Shown here: piece after piece, positions 54,816 through 64,000 of the stretch
Numbering within the stretch: the stretch's first letter is position 1
How the letters are laid out: each line of letters opens with the position of its first letter
Assembly (NCBI GenBank): GCA_044222185.1
Contig: JBGANV010000006.1
Location: 250,213 to 314,212 of the forward strand
DNA length: 64,000 bases
Direction: 5' to 3'
Source: Planctomycetota bacterium
Lineage (GTDB): Bacteria; Planctomycetota; GCA-002687715; CAIWVZ01
Position numbers and translations under genes: made by a program
The notes under the pieces: generated by a model
What the model was told of the DNA's origin: nothing
Databases searched by the model: none
The model's input: only the letters and a program-made list of their open reading frames with translations

Positions 54816-55115
54816 ATGCTCAAACTCGTCTTGTGGTGCACGACCGTGATCGCGCTGATCCCGACGGTCTGGCTGATCGCCGCCAGCGCGATGGTCCTTT
54901 CATTCGCGAACGACGGCGCACCGCCGATTGCCGCGCGCGGCGCCAAGCCCGGCCTCGATGCGCAGATTCACGACTCGTACGTGGGCGTCGGTGGCCTCAC
55001 GACGGCCATCCACCCACGAGCCTGGGCCCTCGTCGCCATGAGCGTCGGCGTCCTGCTCATCGTCGGCGGGATGTTCACGTTGCTTCACGTGCCGGCTCGG
55101 GGTGATGCTCGGTGA
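54816..55115 (+). CDS. small membrane protein (two TM segments)
   Basis: 99 aa: MLKLVLWCTTVIALIPTVWLIAASAMVL ... AWALVAMSVGVLLIVGGMFTLL. GGAGG lies 5 nt upstream of the ATG. Confidence 0.55.
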   Translation: MLKLVLWCTTVIALIPTVWLIAASAMVLSFANDGAPPIAARGAKPGLDAQIHDSYVGVGGLTTAIHPRAWALVAMSVGVLLIVGGMFTLLHVPARGDAR

Positions 55116-55569
55116 TCGTGCGCGTGTTCACGGAGCGTTGGGCGATCGACGGGCTGCCGGTCGCCGTGGCGCTTGGGAAGCGGGCCTGAACTCGACGTCG
55201 AGGCCCGCGTCGTCGCAGCGGACGACGCCTCGGGTCCGGCTGAATCGATCCTCCTGACCGACGACCTTCTCGGCACGCTCAGACCGCGGTGTCCCGCACG
55301 TTCGGAACGAACCGACGGTTGTTTCCAGCCTCTCGGGCTCGACCGGTCCGGCCGTCACGGTCGGTGGGTGAATCCGCGGAGCGACCTCGGATCGCAACCT
55401 CCTGAAGCCAGAGGGGGAGCGCGCGTCCCAGTGCTGGGGCGCGGTCGATCGGCGTGTGCGGTATGGCGCACGGACGATCCGCCGACCTTCGCATGGCGCG
55501 AACGATGCCGCGCCCGTAGGCTCTCCACTGCGGAAATCCCATTCCGCATTCACGCTGAGGAGAGTCCAC

Positions 55570-56853
55570 ATGCTGAAGAGAATCTCGATCGCGTTCGTCT
55601 GTGCGTTCCTCGCAGTCGCGGCGCACGCCCAGACGCCGCCGACCTTGCCCGATCCCATGGCGTGCATCGGGTTCTTCTCCGAGCTGGGCGATGCACAGGC
55701 GATCGGCGGCGGCGCCGGGCCCGAGGACGTGGCGTACAACGCGGTCACGAACCGCGTCTACATCCTCCACGACTTCCCCAACTCGTCACCCGACATCCTC
55801 CTCGAGTACGAGCTGGATGGAACGCTCGTGGCGGCGTCGCGGCCGCCAGCCGTCATCGGCGGCGGGCTGTGTGCGATGCCGAACGGTCACCTCTTGCTCG
55901 GCAACGGCCTCTCGATCGTCGAACTCGACACGGCGGGCGTTCCCGTGGCGGGCGGAATCAGCGCGACGCTCGCCGTGCCTACGGGCATCGGCTTCGTCGG
56001 CATCCAGGACTTGGACTACTACCAGGGCTTCGTCTACTGCCACGACGGCAACAACGGCACCGTGCTGAAGTACGACTCGACGACCAACACGTCGACGGTG
56101 ATCTTCTCGGACGTCACGCGCCAATCGCAAGCGCTCGCCATTCACCCGGTGACGGGCGACATCTGGATCGCCAAGCCGTTCTTTCAGAGCGGCTCCCCGT
56201 TGTCGAACGGCACGATCCGCGTCTTCAGCCAGACCGGAACGGAACTCTACCTGGGCAACAGCCCGATCGCGCCGCGGCTCCGCCGGGACGAGGATCTGCT
56301 GTGCAACCCCGCGCCCGGCAACTTCTCCGTCCCGAACGGCTTTGCATTCATGCCCAACGGCGACCTTTGGGTCTCCAACTTCAACTCGTTCGGATCGCCC
56401 ACCGCGAACATCGGACGATTCCGTCCCCAGAGCCTCGGGGCAGCGATCCGGCTGACGAATCCCACGTGCATCGGCAGTGCGTCGCTCCCGGCGGTGCAGA
56501 TCGTCACGGGTGAGCCGCGGTACGGCGCTGGCTTCACCGCGGGGTTCATCAACGGCACGTCGGGGCTGAGCAGCGCATGGGCCGTCAGCCTCGGCCGCGA
56601 TTGCGGCGGAACGATCAGCTTCGGCACCGGCTGCACGTCAGGCGTGGACATCAGCCAGCTGATCCTGCCGGACTTCAACACGGGTCTCGGCTTCTTCAAC
56701 GTGGGCCCCAACGGCGACTTCTCGATCTTCGTCGATCTCTCGACGTACGCGGGGCCGGCGTTCGAGGTCTACTCGCAGTGGTTGTTGATCGACGCCGGCG
56801 TCCCGTCGGGTGCAACGACGACGAACCTCTGGCGCATCAAGTTCGGGCCGTGA
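55570..56853 (+). CDS. secreted beta-propeller-like protein (NHL/SMP-30-like repeats) with C-terminal beta-sandwich module
   Basis: In-frame ATG at 55570 with GAGGAG 7 nt upstream, signal peptide MLKRISIAFVCAFLAVAAHAQ. Repeated blades of the type GIAY/HP.TG.IWIA / PNGFAFMPNGDLWVSN. The C-terminal module ends in AFEVYSQWLLIDAG. Confidence 0.65.
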   Translation: MLKRISIAFVCAFLAVAAHAQTPPTLPDPMACIGFFSELGDAQAIGGGAGPEDVAYNAVTNRVYILHDFPNSSPDILLEYELDGTLVAASRPPAVIGGGLCAMPNGHLLLGNGLSIVELDTAGVPVAGGISATLAVPTGIGFVGIQDLDYYQGFVYCHDGNNGTVLKYDSTTNTSTVIFSDVTRQSQALAIHPVTGDIWIAKPFFQSGSPLSNGTIRVFSQTGTELYLGNSPIAPRLRRDEDLLCNPAPGNFSVPNGFAFMPNGDLWVSNFNSFGSPTANIGRFRPQSLGAAIRLTNPTCIGSASLPAVQIVTGEPRYGAGFTAGFINGTSGLSSAWAVSLGRDCGGTISFGTGCTSGVDISQLILPDFNTGLGFFNVGPNGDFSIFVDLSTYAGPAFEVYSQWLLIDAGVPSGATTTNLWRIKFGP

Positions 56854-57980
56854 CCTCGGTCGTGGGCGCGGCCCCCCCCCCCGACAGTGAGCGCGAGCGC
56901 CGCGAGGATCGAGATCGCTGCCGCGGCGCGGCAGACGACGGAGTAGCCGTGCGAGTGGAAGACGGGCGACGCGATCGCATAGCCGAGCGCGAGCCCGAGC
57001 TGCGCCACGACGCCGCGGACCGCCAGGTATCGCGGCAGGTTGTCGCGGGCCACGACACCCGTCAGGTGCAGCTGCAAGGCCGAGCGGCGGATCGTCTCGA
57101 CGAACAGGACGACCGCCATGCCGACGGTCGCGAGGACGACCGTCGTCGCGATTTCCGGATAGAGCACGAGCGGCACCGCGAACACCAGACTGCTCGCTGC
57201 CGCGACGCGGTCCGCCGCACGCGTTCGGAGCAGCATCGAGGCGAGGGGAGTGGCGACCACCGGTGCCAACCCTGCGCCGAGGAACACGATCCCGATCTCC
57301 GTCATGGGAATGTGACGGACTTCGCTGAGGAACGACGAGAGCAACCCCGCGGGACCGGCGATGGCCGTGCCCGTCAGAGCCGTGGCGAGCAACGCGTGGA
57401 GCGCACGCCCGGTGAAGAACGACGGGCCGCCCGCCACGGGCGGGTCGTCGCGCACGGGCTCGGGACGCCGCGTCGCCAGCGTGATCGCGAACAGCGCCGC
57501 TGCAACCGCGGCGACGCCGACGAACAGCGTCTTCAGGCCGAGTAGCGCCTCGAACCTGGGCCCCAGCGGCACTCCGAGAACCAGCGCGGCGAGGAATCCC
57601 GCCGACTGATGACTCATCGCCCGCGCCCGATGTGTCGATCGCTCCGCCAGTACGGCGAGCGAGCACGAAAGGACGCCCGACGAGGCGCCGCTCAGCGCCC
57701 GGGCGGCCAGTCGAACGCCCAGGCTCGGAGCCAACGCGAACGCCGCCGCGGCGACCCCGAGTCCGAGGATCGCCGCCAGTACGACGTTGGGGAATGCCGC
57801 GGAGCGGACACGCCAGGCGACGACGAAGGGGATCGTGGCCGCTCCGATCGCGTAGGCGGTGAGCAGGTGATCCGCCGAAGCGCCGCCGCTCGACCCGCGG
57901 ATCACCGGGAGCAGGATCTGGACGAGTTGACTGTCCAGGACCTGCAGGAACGCGATGAAGAAGTAGAGGAGGGAAGACAT
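56769..57980 (-). CDS. MFS transporter
   Basis: 403 aa with about 12 hydrophobic segments. The 3' end contains a G11 tract, and the resulting tail overlaps the convergent gene by 85 nt, so the true C-terminus is uncertain. Confidence 0.65.
   Translation of the reverse strand: MSSLLYFFIAFLQVLDSQLVQILLPVIRGSSGGASADHLLTAYAIGAATIPFVVAWRVRSAAFPNVVLAAILGLGVAAAAFALAPSLGVRLAARALSGASSGVLSCSLAVLAERSTHRARAMSHQSAGFLAALVLGVPLGPRFEALLGLKTLFVGVAAVAAALFAITLATRRPEPVRDDPPVAGGPSFFTGRALHALLATALTGTAIAGPAGLLSSFLSEVRHIPMTEIGIVFLGAGLAPVVATPLASMLLRTRAADRVAAASSLVFAVPLVLYPEIATTVVLATVGMAVVLFVETIRRSALQLHLTGVVARDNLPRYLAVRGVVAQLGLALGYAIASPVFHSHGYSVVCRAAAAISILAALALTVGGGGRAHDRGHGPNLMRQRFVVVAPDGTPASINNHCE
56872..56882. repeat. 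homopolymer C11 (G11 on the coding strand of the MFS gene)
   Basis: Read directly: gcgcggCCCCCCCCCCCgacag. It encodes the GGGG of ...LTVGGGGRAHD.... Confidence 0.9.
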
Positions 57981-58011
57981 CGCACCCGCGCCGGCCCAGG
58001 CCGGCGCGGAG

Positions 58012-59019
58012 TCACATCACTTCCCAGATGTCGCCGGCGTAGAGCAGGCTCTTCAGATCCCCGGCTCCCTGCTTCTCACGGGCGGCCTTGATCTGCGAGT
58101 GCACGGCTTCTTCCAGGACGACGGCGTTGACGTTGCGGAAGATGCCGATGGGCGTCGGCATCACGCTCTCCTGGAGCTGCGACATCATGAACGCGATCGC
58201 GGGGTTGGGATTGGTCGGATCCCAGACGATCGCCGTCTTCTCGTTCTCGGCGGTGATCGGGAACGCCTCGAGCTCGAGCCCGTTCAGGCGCAGACCCTTC
58301 GAAAGGTTCTTGCCGAAGCGGACAGGCTTCCCGGGAACGAGATCGACGAGCATGTCGTCACGGATTTCGCGATCGACGAGATGCTCCCACGCGTGGTCGT
58401 TGAAGATGTTGCAGTTCTGGAAGACCTCGACGAACGCCGTGCCCTTGTGAGCCGCGGCCGCGTGCAGCACCTCGCTGAGGTGCTTGGGGAGCACGTCGGC
58501 CGAGCGGGCGACGAACGTGGCGTTGGCGCCGAGCGCCAGCGACACCGGGTTGAACGGCCGATCCACCGTGCCCATGGGCGACGACTTGGTGACCTTGCCG
58601 GCTTCGGACGTCGGGCTGTACTGGCCCTTCGTCAGCCCGTAGATCCGGTTGTTGAACATCAGGATCTTGACGTTCGGGTTGCGCCGCAGGATGTGGATCA
58701 GGTGATTGCCGCCGATCGACATGGCGTCACCGTCGCCGGTGACGAGCCACACGTCGAGCTTGGGGTTGGCGAGCTTGACCCCCGTCGCGATCGCAGGCGC
58801 GCGGCCGTGGATTCCGTGGAACCCGTAGACCGACGTGTAGTAGGGGAATCGGCTCGAGCACCCGATGCCGGACACGACGACGGTGTTCTCGCGCTTCAGT
58901 TGAAGGTCGGCGAACACCTGCGTGACCGTGTTGAGGATCGAGTAGTCGCCGCAGCCCGGGCACCACCGGATCTCTTGATCCGACTTGTAGTCCTTCTTCG
59001 TCAGGGTGACCGCATTCAT
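58012..59019 (-). CDS. korB: 2-oxoglutarate/2-oxoacid:ferredoxin oxidoreductase, beta subunit
   Basis: WCPGCGDYSIL, GIGCSSRFPYY, HGRAPAIATG and GDGDAMSIGGNH (TPP-binding) blocks. Confidence 0.9.
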   Translation of the reverse strand: MNAVTLTKKDYKSDQEIRWCPGCGDYSILNTVTQVFADLQLKRENTVVVSGIGCSSRFPYYTSVYGFHGIHGRAPAIATGVKLANPKLDVWLVTGDGDAMSIGGNHLIHILRRNPNVKILMFNNRIYGLTKGQYSPTSEAGKVTKSSPMGTVDRPFNPVSLALGANATFVARSADVLPKHLSEVLHAAAAHKGTAFVEVFQNCNIFNDHAWEHLVDREIRDDMLVDLVPGKPVRFGKNLSKGLRLNGLELEAFPITAENEKTAIVWDPTNPNPAIAFMMSQLQESVMPTPIGIFRNVNAVVLEEAVHSQIKAAREKQGAGDLKSLLYAGDIWEVM

Positions 59020-59020
59020 C

Positions 59021-60886
59021 TCACGCCTCCTTCAGGCACTTCTCGATGCGGGCGGCGATCTCGGACGTGAGGAACGGCCGGCCCTGGACCTTCGTGTACG
59101 ACTCGACTTCGACTCCGTACCTGGCGGCGATCACCTTGGACAGCTGTCCCATGTTCAGCTCGGGGACCAGCACCTTCTTGAACTTGGAGATGATGGCGCC
59201 GAGGTTGCGCGGCATGGGGTTCACCCAGCGCAGGTGCACCCAGCCGACGGATCCGCCGGCCTGGGCCGTGCGGAGGAGCGGGCCCGCGATCATGCCGCGG
59301 GTGCCACCCCACGAGATCACGAGCACCTTGCCGGACTGCGCGCCTTCGACGACCGCCTCCGGGATGTCGTTGGCGATGCCTTCGACCTTCTGCTCGCGCA
59401 GGTGGCACATCTTCTCGTGGTTCTGCGGGTCGTAGGAGATGTTGCCCGTGACGTCTTCCTTCTCGATGCCGCCGATGCGGTGCTCGAGGCCGACCGTCCC
59501 TGGGATCGCCCACGGGCGGGCGAGCGTCTTGGGATCGCGCTTGTAAGGCTGGAACGTCGCCGGGTCCTTGTGGAAGGTGACCGGGATCTTGGGCAGGTCC
59601 TCGATCTTGGGCAGGCGCCACGGCTCGGACCCGTTGGCGATGTAGCCGTCGGAGAGGAGCACGACCGGCGTCATGAACTTGACGGCGACGCGGCAGGCCT
59701 CGATGGTCGCCTCGAAGCAGTCCGCCGGCGAGGCGGCGGCGATCACCGGCATGGGCGAGTCGCTGTTGCGGCCGTAGAGGACTTGCAGGAGGTCGGCCTG
59801 CTCGGTCTTCGTCGGCATGCCCGTGCTCGGGCCACCGCGCTGCACGTCGACGATGACGAGCGGGAGCTCGAGCATCACGGCGAGGTTCATGGCCTCCGAT
59901 TTGAGGGCGATGCCCGGGCCGCTCGTCGTCGTGATCCCGAGGTCACCTGCGTAGGACGCGCCGATCGCCGCGCAGACCGCCGCGATCTCGTCTTCCGCCT
60001 GGAACGTCACGATCCCGTAGTTCTTGTACGTCGAGAGCTGGTGGAGGATGTCGCTCGCCGGCGTGATCGGGTACGAGCCCAGCATGATCTGCAGGCCCGA
60101 GAGCTTGGACACGGCGACGAAGCCCAACGCCAGGCTCTCGTTGCCCATGATGTTCCGATAGGTGCCGGGCGTCAGCTTGGCGGGTGCGACTTCGTAGCGG
60201 ACCTGGAACAGGTCGACGATCTCGCAGTAGTTGTGTCCCGCCTTCAGCACGCGGATGTTGGCCTCGGCGTACTCAGGCTTCTTCTTGAACCGCTGCTCGA
60301 TCCATTTGATGGTCGGCTCGAGCGGGCGGCTGAAGAGCCAGTAGGTCATCCCGAGCGCGAAGAAGTTCTTGCAGCGCAAGGTCTCCTTCGGGTCCAGGTT
60401 CATTTCCTTCAGCGCTTCGCGGGTGAGCTTGTTCAGGTCGACCTCGACGACGCGCCAGCCCTCGAACTCGTGGCTCTTGAGCGGGTCGTGGTCGTAATTG
60501 GCCTTCTTCAGGTCGCCGGCGGCGAAGTTGCCGGTGTTGACGATGATGATGCCGTTGCGCTTGACGTCCTTGTAGTTGACGCGAAGGGCCGCGGGGTTCA
60601 TGGCGACGAGGCAGTCGGGTGCGTCGCCGGGCGAATGGATGTCGCGCGACGAGAACCGGACCTGGAAGCCGGAGACGCCGGGGATCGTGCCGGCGGGGGC
60701 GCGGATCTCGGCGGGGAAGTCGGGGAAGGTGGCGATGTCGTTGCCGATGATCGCGGACGTCTTGGTGAATTCGTTGCCGGTGATCTGCATGCCGTCACCG
60801 GAGTCACCCGCGAACCGCACCACGATGTCCTCGGTGTGCTCGATCCGAGGTGCGTTGCGGTTCTTTTCTTCGAGATTCATGAACAC
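59021..60886 (-). CDS. korA: 2-oxoglutarate/2-oxoacid:ferredoxin oxidoreductase, alpha subunit
   Basis: FAGDSGDGMQITG, GSYPITPASDILH, TTTSGPGIALKSE and DVQRGGPSTGMPTKTEQADL blocks. GTG start at 60886 or ATG at 60880. Its stop is 1 nt before the korB start. Confidence 0.9.
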   Translation of the reverse strand: MFMNLEEKNRNAPRIEHTEDIVVRFAGDSGDGMQITGNEFTKTSAIIGNDIATFPDFPAEIRAPAGTIPGVSGFQVRFSSRDIHSPGDAPDCLVAMNPAALRVNYKDVKRNGIIIVNTGNFAAGDLKKANYDHDPLKSHEFEGWRVVEVDLNKLTREALKEMNLDPKETLRCKNFFALGMTYWLFSRPLEPTIKWIEQRFKKKPEYAEANIRVLKAGHNYCEIVDLFQVRYEVAPAKLTPGTYRNIMGNESLALGFVAVSKLSGLQIMLGSYPITPASDILHQLSTYKNYGIVTFQAEDEIAAVCAAIGASYAGDLGITTTSGPGIALKSEAMNLAVMLELPLVIVDVQRGGPSTGMPTKTEQADLLQVLYGRNSDSPMPVIAAASPADCFEATIEACRVAVKFMTPVVLLSDGYIANGSEPWRLPKIEDLPKIPVTFHKDPATFQPYKRDPKTLARPWAIPGTVGLEHRIGGIEKEDVTGNISYDPQNHEKMCHLREQKVEGIANDIPEAVVEGAQSGKVLVISWGGTRGMIAGPLLRTAQAGGSVGWVHLRWVNPMPRNLGAIISKFKKVLVPELNMGQLSKVIAARYGVEVESYTKVQGRPFLTSEIAARIEKCLKEA

Positions 60887-61048
60887 ACTCCCATGTTGCT
60901 CCCGCGTCGTACCGCGCGGCTTGGCTTGGGCCCGGCAGACGGGCCGGGCATTCTAATCATCTTCCGTCGCGGAAGCTCGCGCGCGCGATGCGGCCATCGG
61001 CGTAGAACGGCCCGACCCATGTGCCGGAGAACGGAGTAGCCAGTCCGA

Positions 61049-62068
61049 TCATCTGGGACTGATCCGGTCCAGTTCCTCGAGCAGAGCTTCTCGGGCTCCC
61101 GGCGGCGGCGACTTTCCCGTAGTCCAACCCATGCTCTCGACCCGTGACAGCAAGACGTTGCGTTCCCGGTCTGCCTCGGTGTTCAGGGGGGTTTCTCGGA
61201 CGGCGGCAACCCAGGCGACGACATCCTCCGTCGGCGGGAGGCCGTTCGCGAGCCAGTTCCTGACCGTGTCCGCCGTCCGGTCGATGTAGTGGTAGCTGAA
61301 GTACGCCTCCGCACGCCCTCGCGACTTGACCACGCTGGTCGCCACGCCGGTGACGAAGATCAACGCGAGAACCGCCGTCGCAATCCGGAGACCCAGGTCC
61401 AGTTTGTCTCGACCGAGGATGATCACGGAACCGCGCTTCGAGATGAGCCAGCCCGCGATGGCACCGCCGATCGCGCCCCCCAGGTGCGCCGACCCGCTGA
61501 TCACGGGGACGGCGAGACCCATCAACAGCCAGACGACGAGCCACGTCATGATCTGCTTGCGGTACTCCGCCAGCGGGCCGGTCTTCTCGTGCCAGTTGAT
61601 CGCGACCAGTGCGGCTCCGATCCCGCAACCCGCGCCGCTTGCCCCGACGCAGAACGAGGGTTCGCCCGTGACCGCGGCCCAGGCGACGGTTGCCAGGCTC
61701 CCACTGAGGCCCGACGCGAACATCACGAGAAATGCACGGCCACGCGTCGTGAAGGCCTCCAGGGTTCCGCCCAGGGACAGGATCGCACTCGAGTTGAGGA
61801 CGATGTGGAGGAGTCCGGCGTGGAGCAGCACGGGTGTGCACAGACGGTCCCATTCACCGTCGAGCAGGACTGCCTGAGTGGAGAGCGTGCCGGACGCGTA
61901 GAACCCCAGGTTGTTCGGAGCGAGGAAGGTCAGCCCGCCGCTCTGCACGCCGTGACCGACCCACAGCGACCACAGGTAGGCGGCCCAGCATGCGCCGACG
62001 AAGGTCTGCGCTGCGGGAAACGGCCACGCGAAGTCGAATCGCCTGCGACGCTCCAGATCCGTCGGCAT
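61049..62068 (-). CDS. rhomboid-family intramembrane serine protease with C-terminal soluble extension
   Basis: In-frame ATG at 62068. Motifs: LLHAGLLHIVLNS (HxxxxHxxxN), GASGAGCG (GxSG) and AHLGGAIGGAIAGW (catalytic His context). Confidence 0.8.
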   Translation of the reverse strand: MPTDLERRRRFDFAWPFPAAQTFVGACWAAYLWSLWVGHGVQSGGLTFLAPNNLGFYASGTLSTQAVLLDGEWDRLCTPVLLHAGLLHIVLNSSAILSLGGTLEAFTTRGRAFLVMFASGLSGSLATVAWAAVTGEPSFCVGASGAGCGIGAALVAINWHEKTGPLAEYRKQIMTWLVVWLLMGLAVPVISGSAHLGGAIGGAIAGWLISKRGSVIILGRDKLDLGLRIATAVLALIFVTGVATSVVKSRGRAEAYFSYHYIDRTADTVRNWLANGLPPTEDVVAWVAAVRETPLNTEADRERNVLLSRVESMGWTTGKSPPPGAREALLEELDRISPR

Positions 62069-62181
62069 GCGCGAGGCTAACACGGGCGGCGTGCGCGTCG
62101 GATGGCGCGCGCCGCTCCAATCCCGGGCCTTGACGTGCGACGGCGCGACGCCTAACACCCCAACCAGCGGTCGGGGAAACG

Positions 62182-62976
62182 ATGCGAGTCTGTGTGCTCG
62201 GAAGTGGAAGTCGCGGCAATGCCATCTACGTGGACACGCCCACGGTCCGCCTGGTCGTCGACGCCGGTCTGAATGCCAAGGAGATGCGCGCCCGGCTCGC
62301 CGAGGCCGGCCTGCCCCAGGATCGGCTGGACGCGATCCTCGTCACGCACGAGCATCACGACCACGTTCAATGCGTCTCCCCGGTTGCCCGAGCCTTCGGG
62401 GCGACGGTCTGGTTGACGGAGGCCACGCACGCGGTCGCCCGACACCGACTCAAGGCGACGGACAAGTTCCGCGTGTTCGAGGCGGGCGCACCCGTGGCGT
62501 TCGGCGACCTCGTGGCCGAGCCGGTCCGCAAGCCCCACGACGCTGCCGACCCCGTGGCGTTCCTCTTCCACAACGAGGGCGCGACCCTCGGGTGTTTCAC
62601 CGACCTCGGCTCGGTGGACGAGGCCGTCGGGCTCGCGATCGCGAGGTGCGCGGCGTTGGTGATGGAGTCCAATCACGACCCCGCGCTCCTGGCGGCGGGC
62701 CCCTATCCGCAGGCACTGAAGGGGCGCATCGGGTCCGAGTTGGGCCACCTCTCCAACGACCAGAGCGCGAAAGCGATCGCGAAATGGGCGTCGCCGATGT
62801 TGCGAACGCTCGTCCTGGCGCATCTGTCGGAGACGAACAACACGCCGGACCACGTGCGGCGCGCCTACCTCACGCACATGGGGCCGCGGGCGTCCGTCGA
62901 CCGTTGGATCTCCTATCAGTCTCGCGCGACTCGCGTTTTCGACGTGGCGCCGCTCGCGGCGGCGCAGGCCGTCTGA
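62182..62976 (+). CDS. MBL-fold metallo-hydrolase (YycJ/PhnP-like)
   Basis: MRVCVLGSGSRGNAIYV, ILVTHEHHDHV (HxHxDH variant), ESNHD and GHLSN blocks. Confidence 0.8.
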   Translation: MRVCVLGSGSRGNAIYVDTPTVRLVVDAGLNAKEMRARLAEAGLPQDRLDAILVTHEHHDHVQCVSPVARAFGATVWLTEATHAVARHRLKATDKFRVFEAGAPVAFGDLVAEPVRKPHDAADPVAFLFHNEGATLGCFTDLGSVDEAVGLAIARCAALVMESNHDPALLAAGPYPQALKGRIGSELGHLSNDQSAKAIAKWASPMLRTLVLAHLSETNNTPDHVRRAYLTHMGPRASVDRWISYQSRATRVFDVAPLAAAQAV

Positions 62977-63277
62977 CGCGGAAGCCGCGTGAGGTCACAG
63001 CATCGGACGGGCCAGGATCGACCGTGAACGGCGTTGAATGCCCCGGGGATCGATCCAAGCGGTTGGCGCACCGGACATGCCGCGCTCGGTCGGTGTCGGG
63101 AATCCGAATCCAGGTGCGATCGACGCCGCGCGCGGAAAGCTCGGCCCGTTGCACGCCGGCACGATTGACGACGCGGTTGGCGTACACCGGGTCGCGTTCG
63201 CCGGACCCACGCGTGCGGAAGACCGTGGATCTCAGAAAGAAGGCTGAGACTCCGGGCCGCGCGACGCGCAATCAGCC

Positions 63278-63910
63278 TCAGGACGACTCGCGCTCGACGT
63301 CGTCGTCGACCCAGACCATCCCGGGCTCGCGGCCGGGCACGGTGCGAGGCTTGCCGGCGCGGTAGCGAGGACAGTCCTTCGGCCCGTAGCAGTGGGTCTC
63401 GAACCGCCAGCGCTTCTTCGACGGGTTCCACTTGTCGATCGTGATCTCCGTGACCATGGTCAGCCCGAACGGGCATCGCGCGCAGGCTTCGGCGCAAGTC
63501 CGCGGATCCAGGCGCCGATGTCCGGCGGCGCGGTATTCAGGGAGCGGGGGCGCGATGCCGCCATCGGGATCGGCGGGGCGGTCTTCGCGGGGGGCGCCGC
63601 GGCTCTCGACCACGAGCCCGCTCGCGCGGTAGTAGCCAGCCCACTCCAAGCGCGGGTCCGCAACCGGGCGCGCCTTGCCTCGGACGGCGTCGCCGATCCG
63701 AAAGCGGTGCTTTGCATGCGCGGCGGGCCCGATCGCAACGCGGAACTCGGGCACGGCGGCGCCAGCGATGTCGCCCCGGAGAACGATCGTGTATCCCTGG
63801 TAGTCGTGGGAGACCTCGTCGAACGAGCGCAGCAGGCGGATGCGCCCCTTGACAGCGACGATTTCGCCGCGGAATTCGATCGGCTCGGTGCTGATGGCTC
63901 GTCCCCTCAT
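63278..63910 (-). CDS. hypothetical protein with C-terminal Cys/His cluster
   Basis: In-frame ATG at 63910 (MRGRAISTEPIEFRGEIVAVKGRIRLL...). C-terminus: CAEACARCPFG...HCYGPKDCPRY. No family recognised. Confidence 0.5.
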   Translation of the reverse strand: MRGRAISTEPIEFRGEIVAVKGRIRLLRSFDEVSHDYQGYTIVLRGDIAGAAVPEFRVAIGPAAHAKHRFRIGDAVRGKARPVADPRLEWAGYYRASGLVVESRGAPREDRPADPDGGIAPPLPEYRAAGHRRLDPRTCAEACARCPFGLTMVTEITIDKWNPSKKRWRFETHCYGPKDCPRYRAGKPRTVPGREPGMVWVDDDVERESS

Positions 63911-64000
63911 GGCGGGGAGTCTATCCCAGACTGCCGGTGGCGGGCCACACTCGCCACCGTCGCGCGATCGGCTCCGACCCGCATTCAGCACGGAGCAGGA

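Noticed and set aside
60930-60949. Hairpin GCCCGGC-agacgg-GCCGGGC between the rhomboid gene and korA
   Set aside because: Only a 7-bp stem with no U-tract on either strand, and such GC inverted repeats are frequent at this base composition. Not reported as a terminator.
59006-61039. 677-aa plus-strand ORF
   Set aside because: It is antisense to korA, whose identity is unambiguous, and its composition is the mirror image of korA codon usage (D/R/G/V/L-rich).
1-64000. Search by eye for tRNA (GGTTCGAATCC-type T-arms), rRNA, tmRNA, SRP RNA, CRISPR repeats, IS/transposase/integrase genes and phage genes
   Set aside because: No convincing candidate was found. T-arm-like strings (e.g. near 2270, 8810 and 19905) lie inside well-supported CDSs and lack acceptor or anticodon stems. 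This is a visual scan only; tRNAscan-SE, Infernal and minced should be run to confirm.

Overview
Very GC-rich bacterial chromosomal segment (G+C judged by eye, not computed). The gene content looks Planctomycetota-like: many signal-peptide ThuA/DUF1080 proteins, Gfo/Idh/MocA plus xylose-isomerase-like TIM-barrel enzymes, large adhesin-like secreted proteins and an ECF sigma factor with a C-terminal extension. I call about 51 protein-coding genes. I could not recognise any rRNA, tRNA, CRISPR array, transposase or integrase. Because of the GC content, the ORF track contains many long antisense or out-of-frame shadow ORFs. Several real genes start well inside the listed ORF, and I re-assigned those starts, checking the frame each time. 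One real gene, the ECF sigma at 1..904 (-), is missing from the track because it runs off the window edge. Blocks from left to right: (1) ECF sigma plus a 1017-aa beta-sandwich-repeat protein and a Uma2 endonuclease. (2) Periplasmic ThuA-DUF1080 and tandem-DUF1080 proteins, with two sets of Gfo/Idh/MocA plus TIM-barrel enzymes and an MFS carrier. (3) Secreted adhesin-like proteins: one with beta-helix, PKD, HYR and three Ig repeats, and two tandem paralogues with a NIDO-like domain. (4) Housekeeping genes (ispH, murC-like, rluA-type, ygiQ, korAB, rhomboid, MBL hydrolase). (5) A TetR-controlled permease/ATPase/HlyD efflux operon with a palindromic operator. (6) A YkgJ-type Cys domain fused to an RsuA/RluB-type pseudouridine synthase, followed by a fused MlaF-MlaE. 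(7) Two tandem small basic paralogues, an SbcD-like/YhaN-like nuclease-ATPase pair, and PilT plus a degenerate DUF4388-PilT-like paralogue plus PilZ. (8) A small SMI1/KNR4 (SUKH) immunity-like cluster. No known defence or mobile system is evident. The best candidates for something undescribed are the PilT/pseudo-PilT/PilZ module, the tandem small basic repeat proteins behind a long structured leader, the bacterial NIDO-like paralogue pair, and the YkgJ-pseudouridine-synthase fusion. All functional calls rest on motif recognition by eye; no database search was run.
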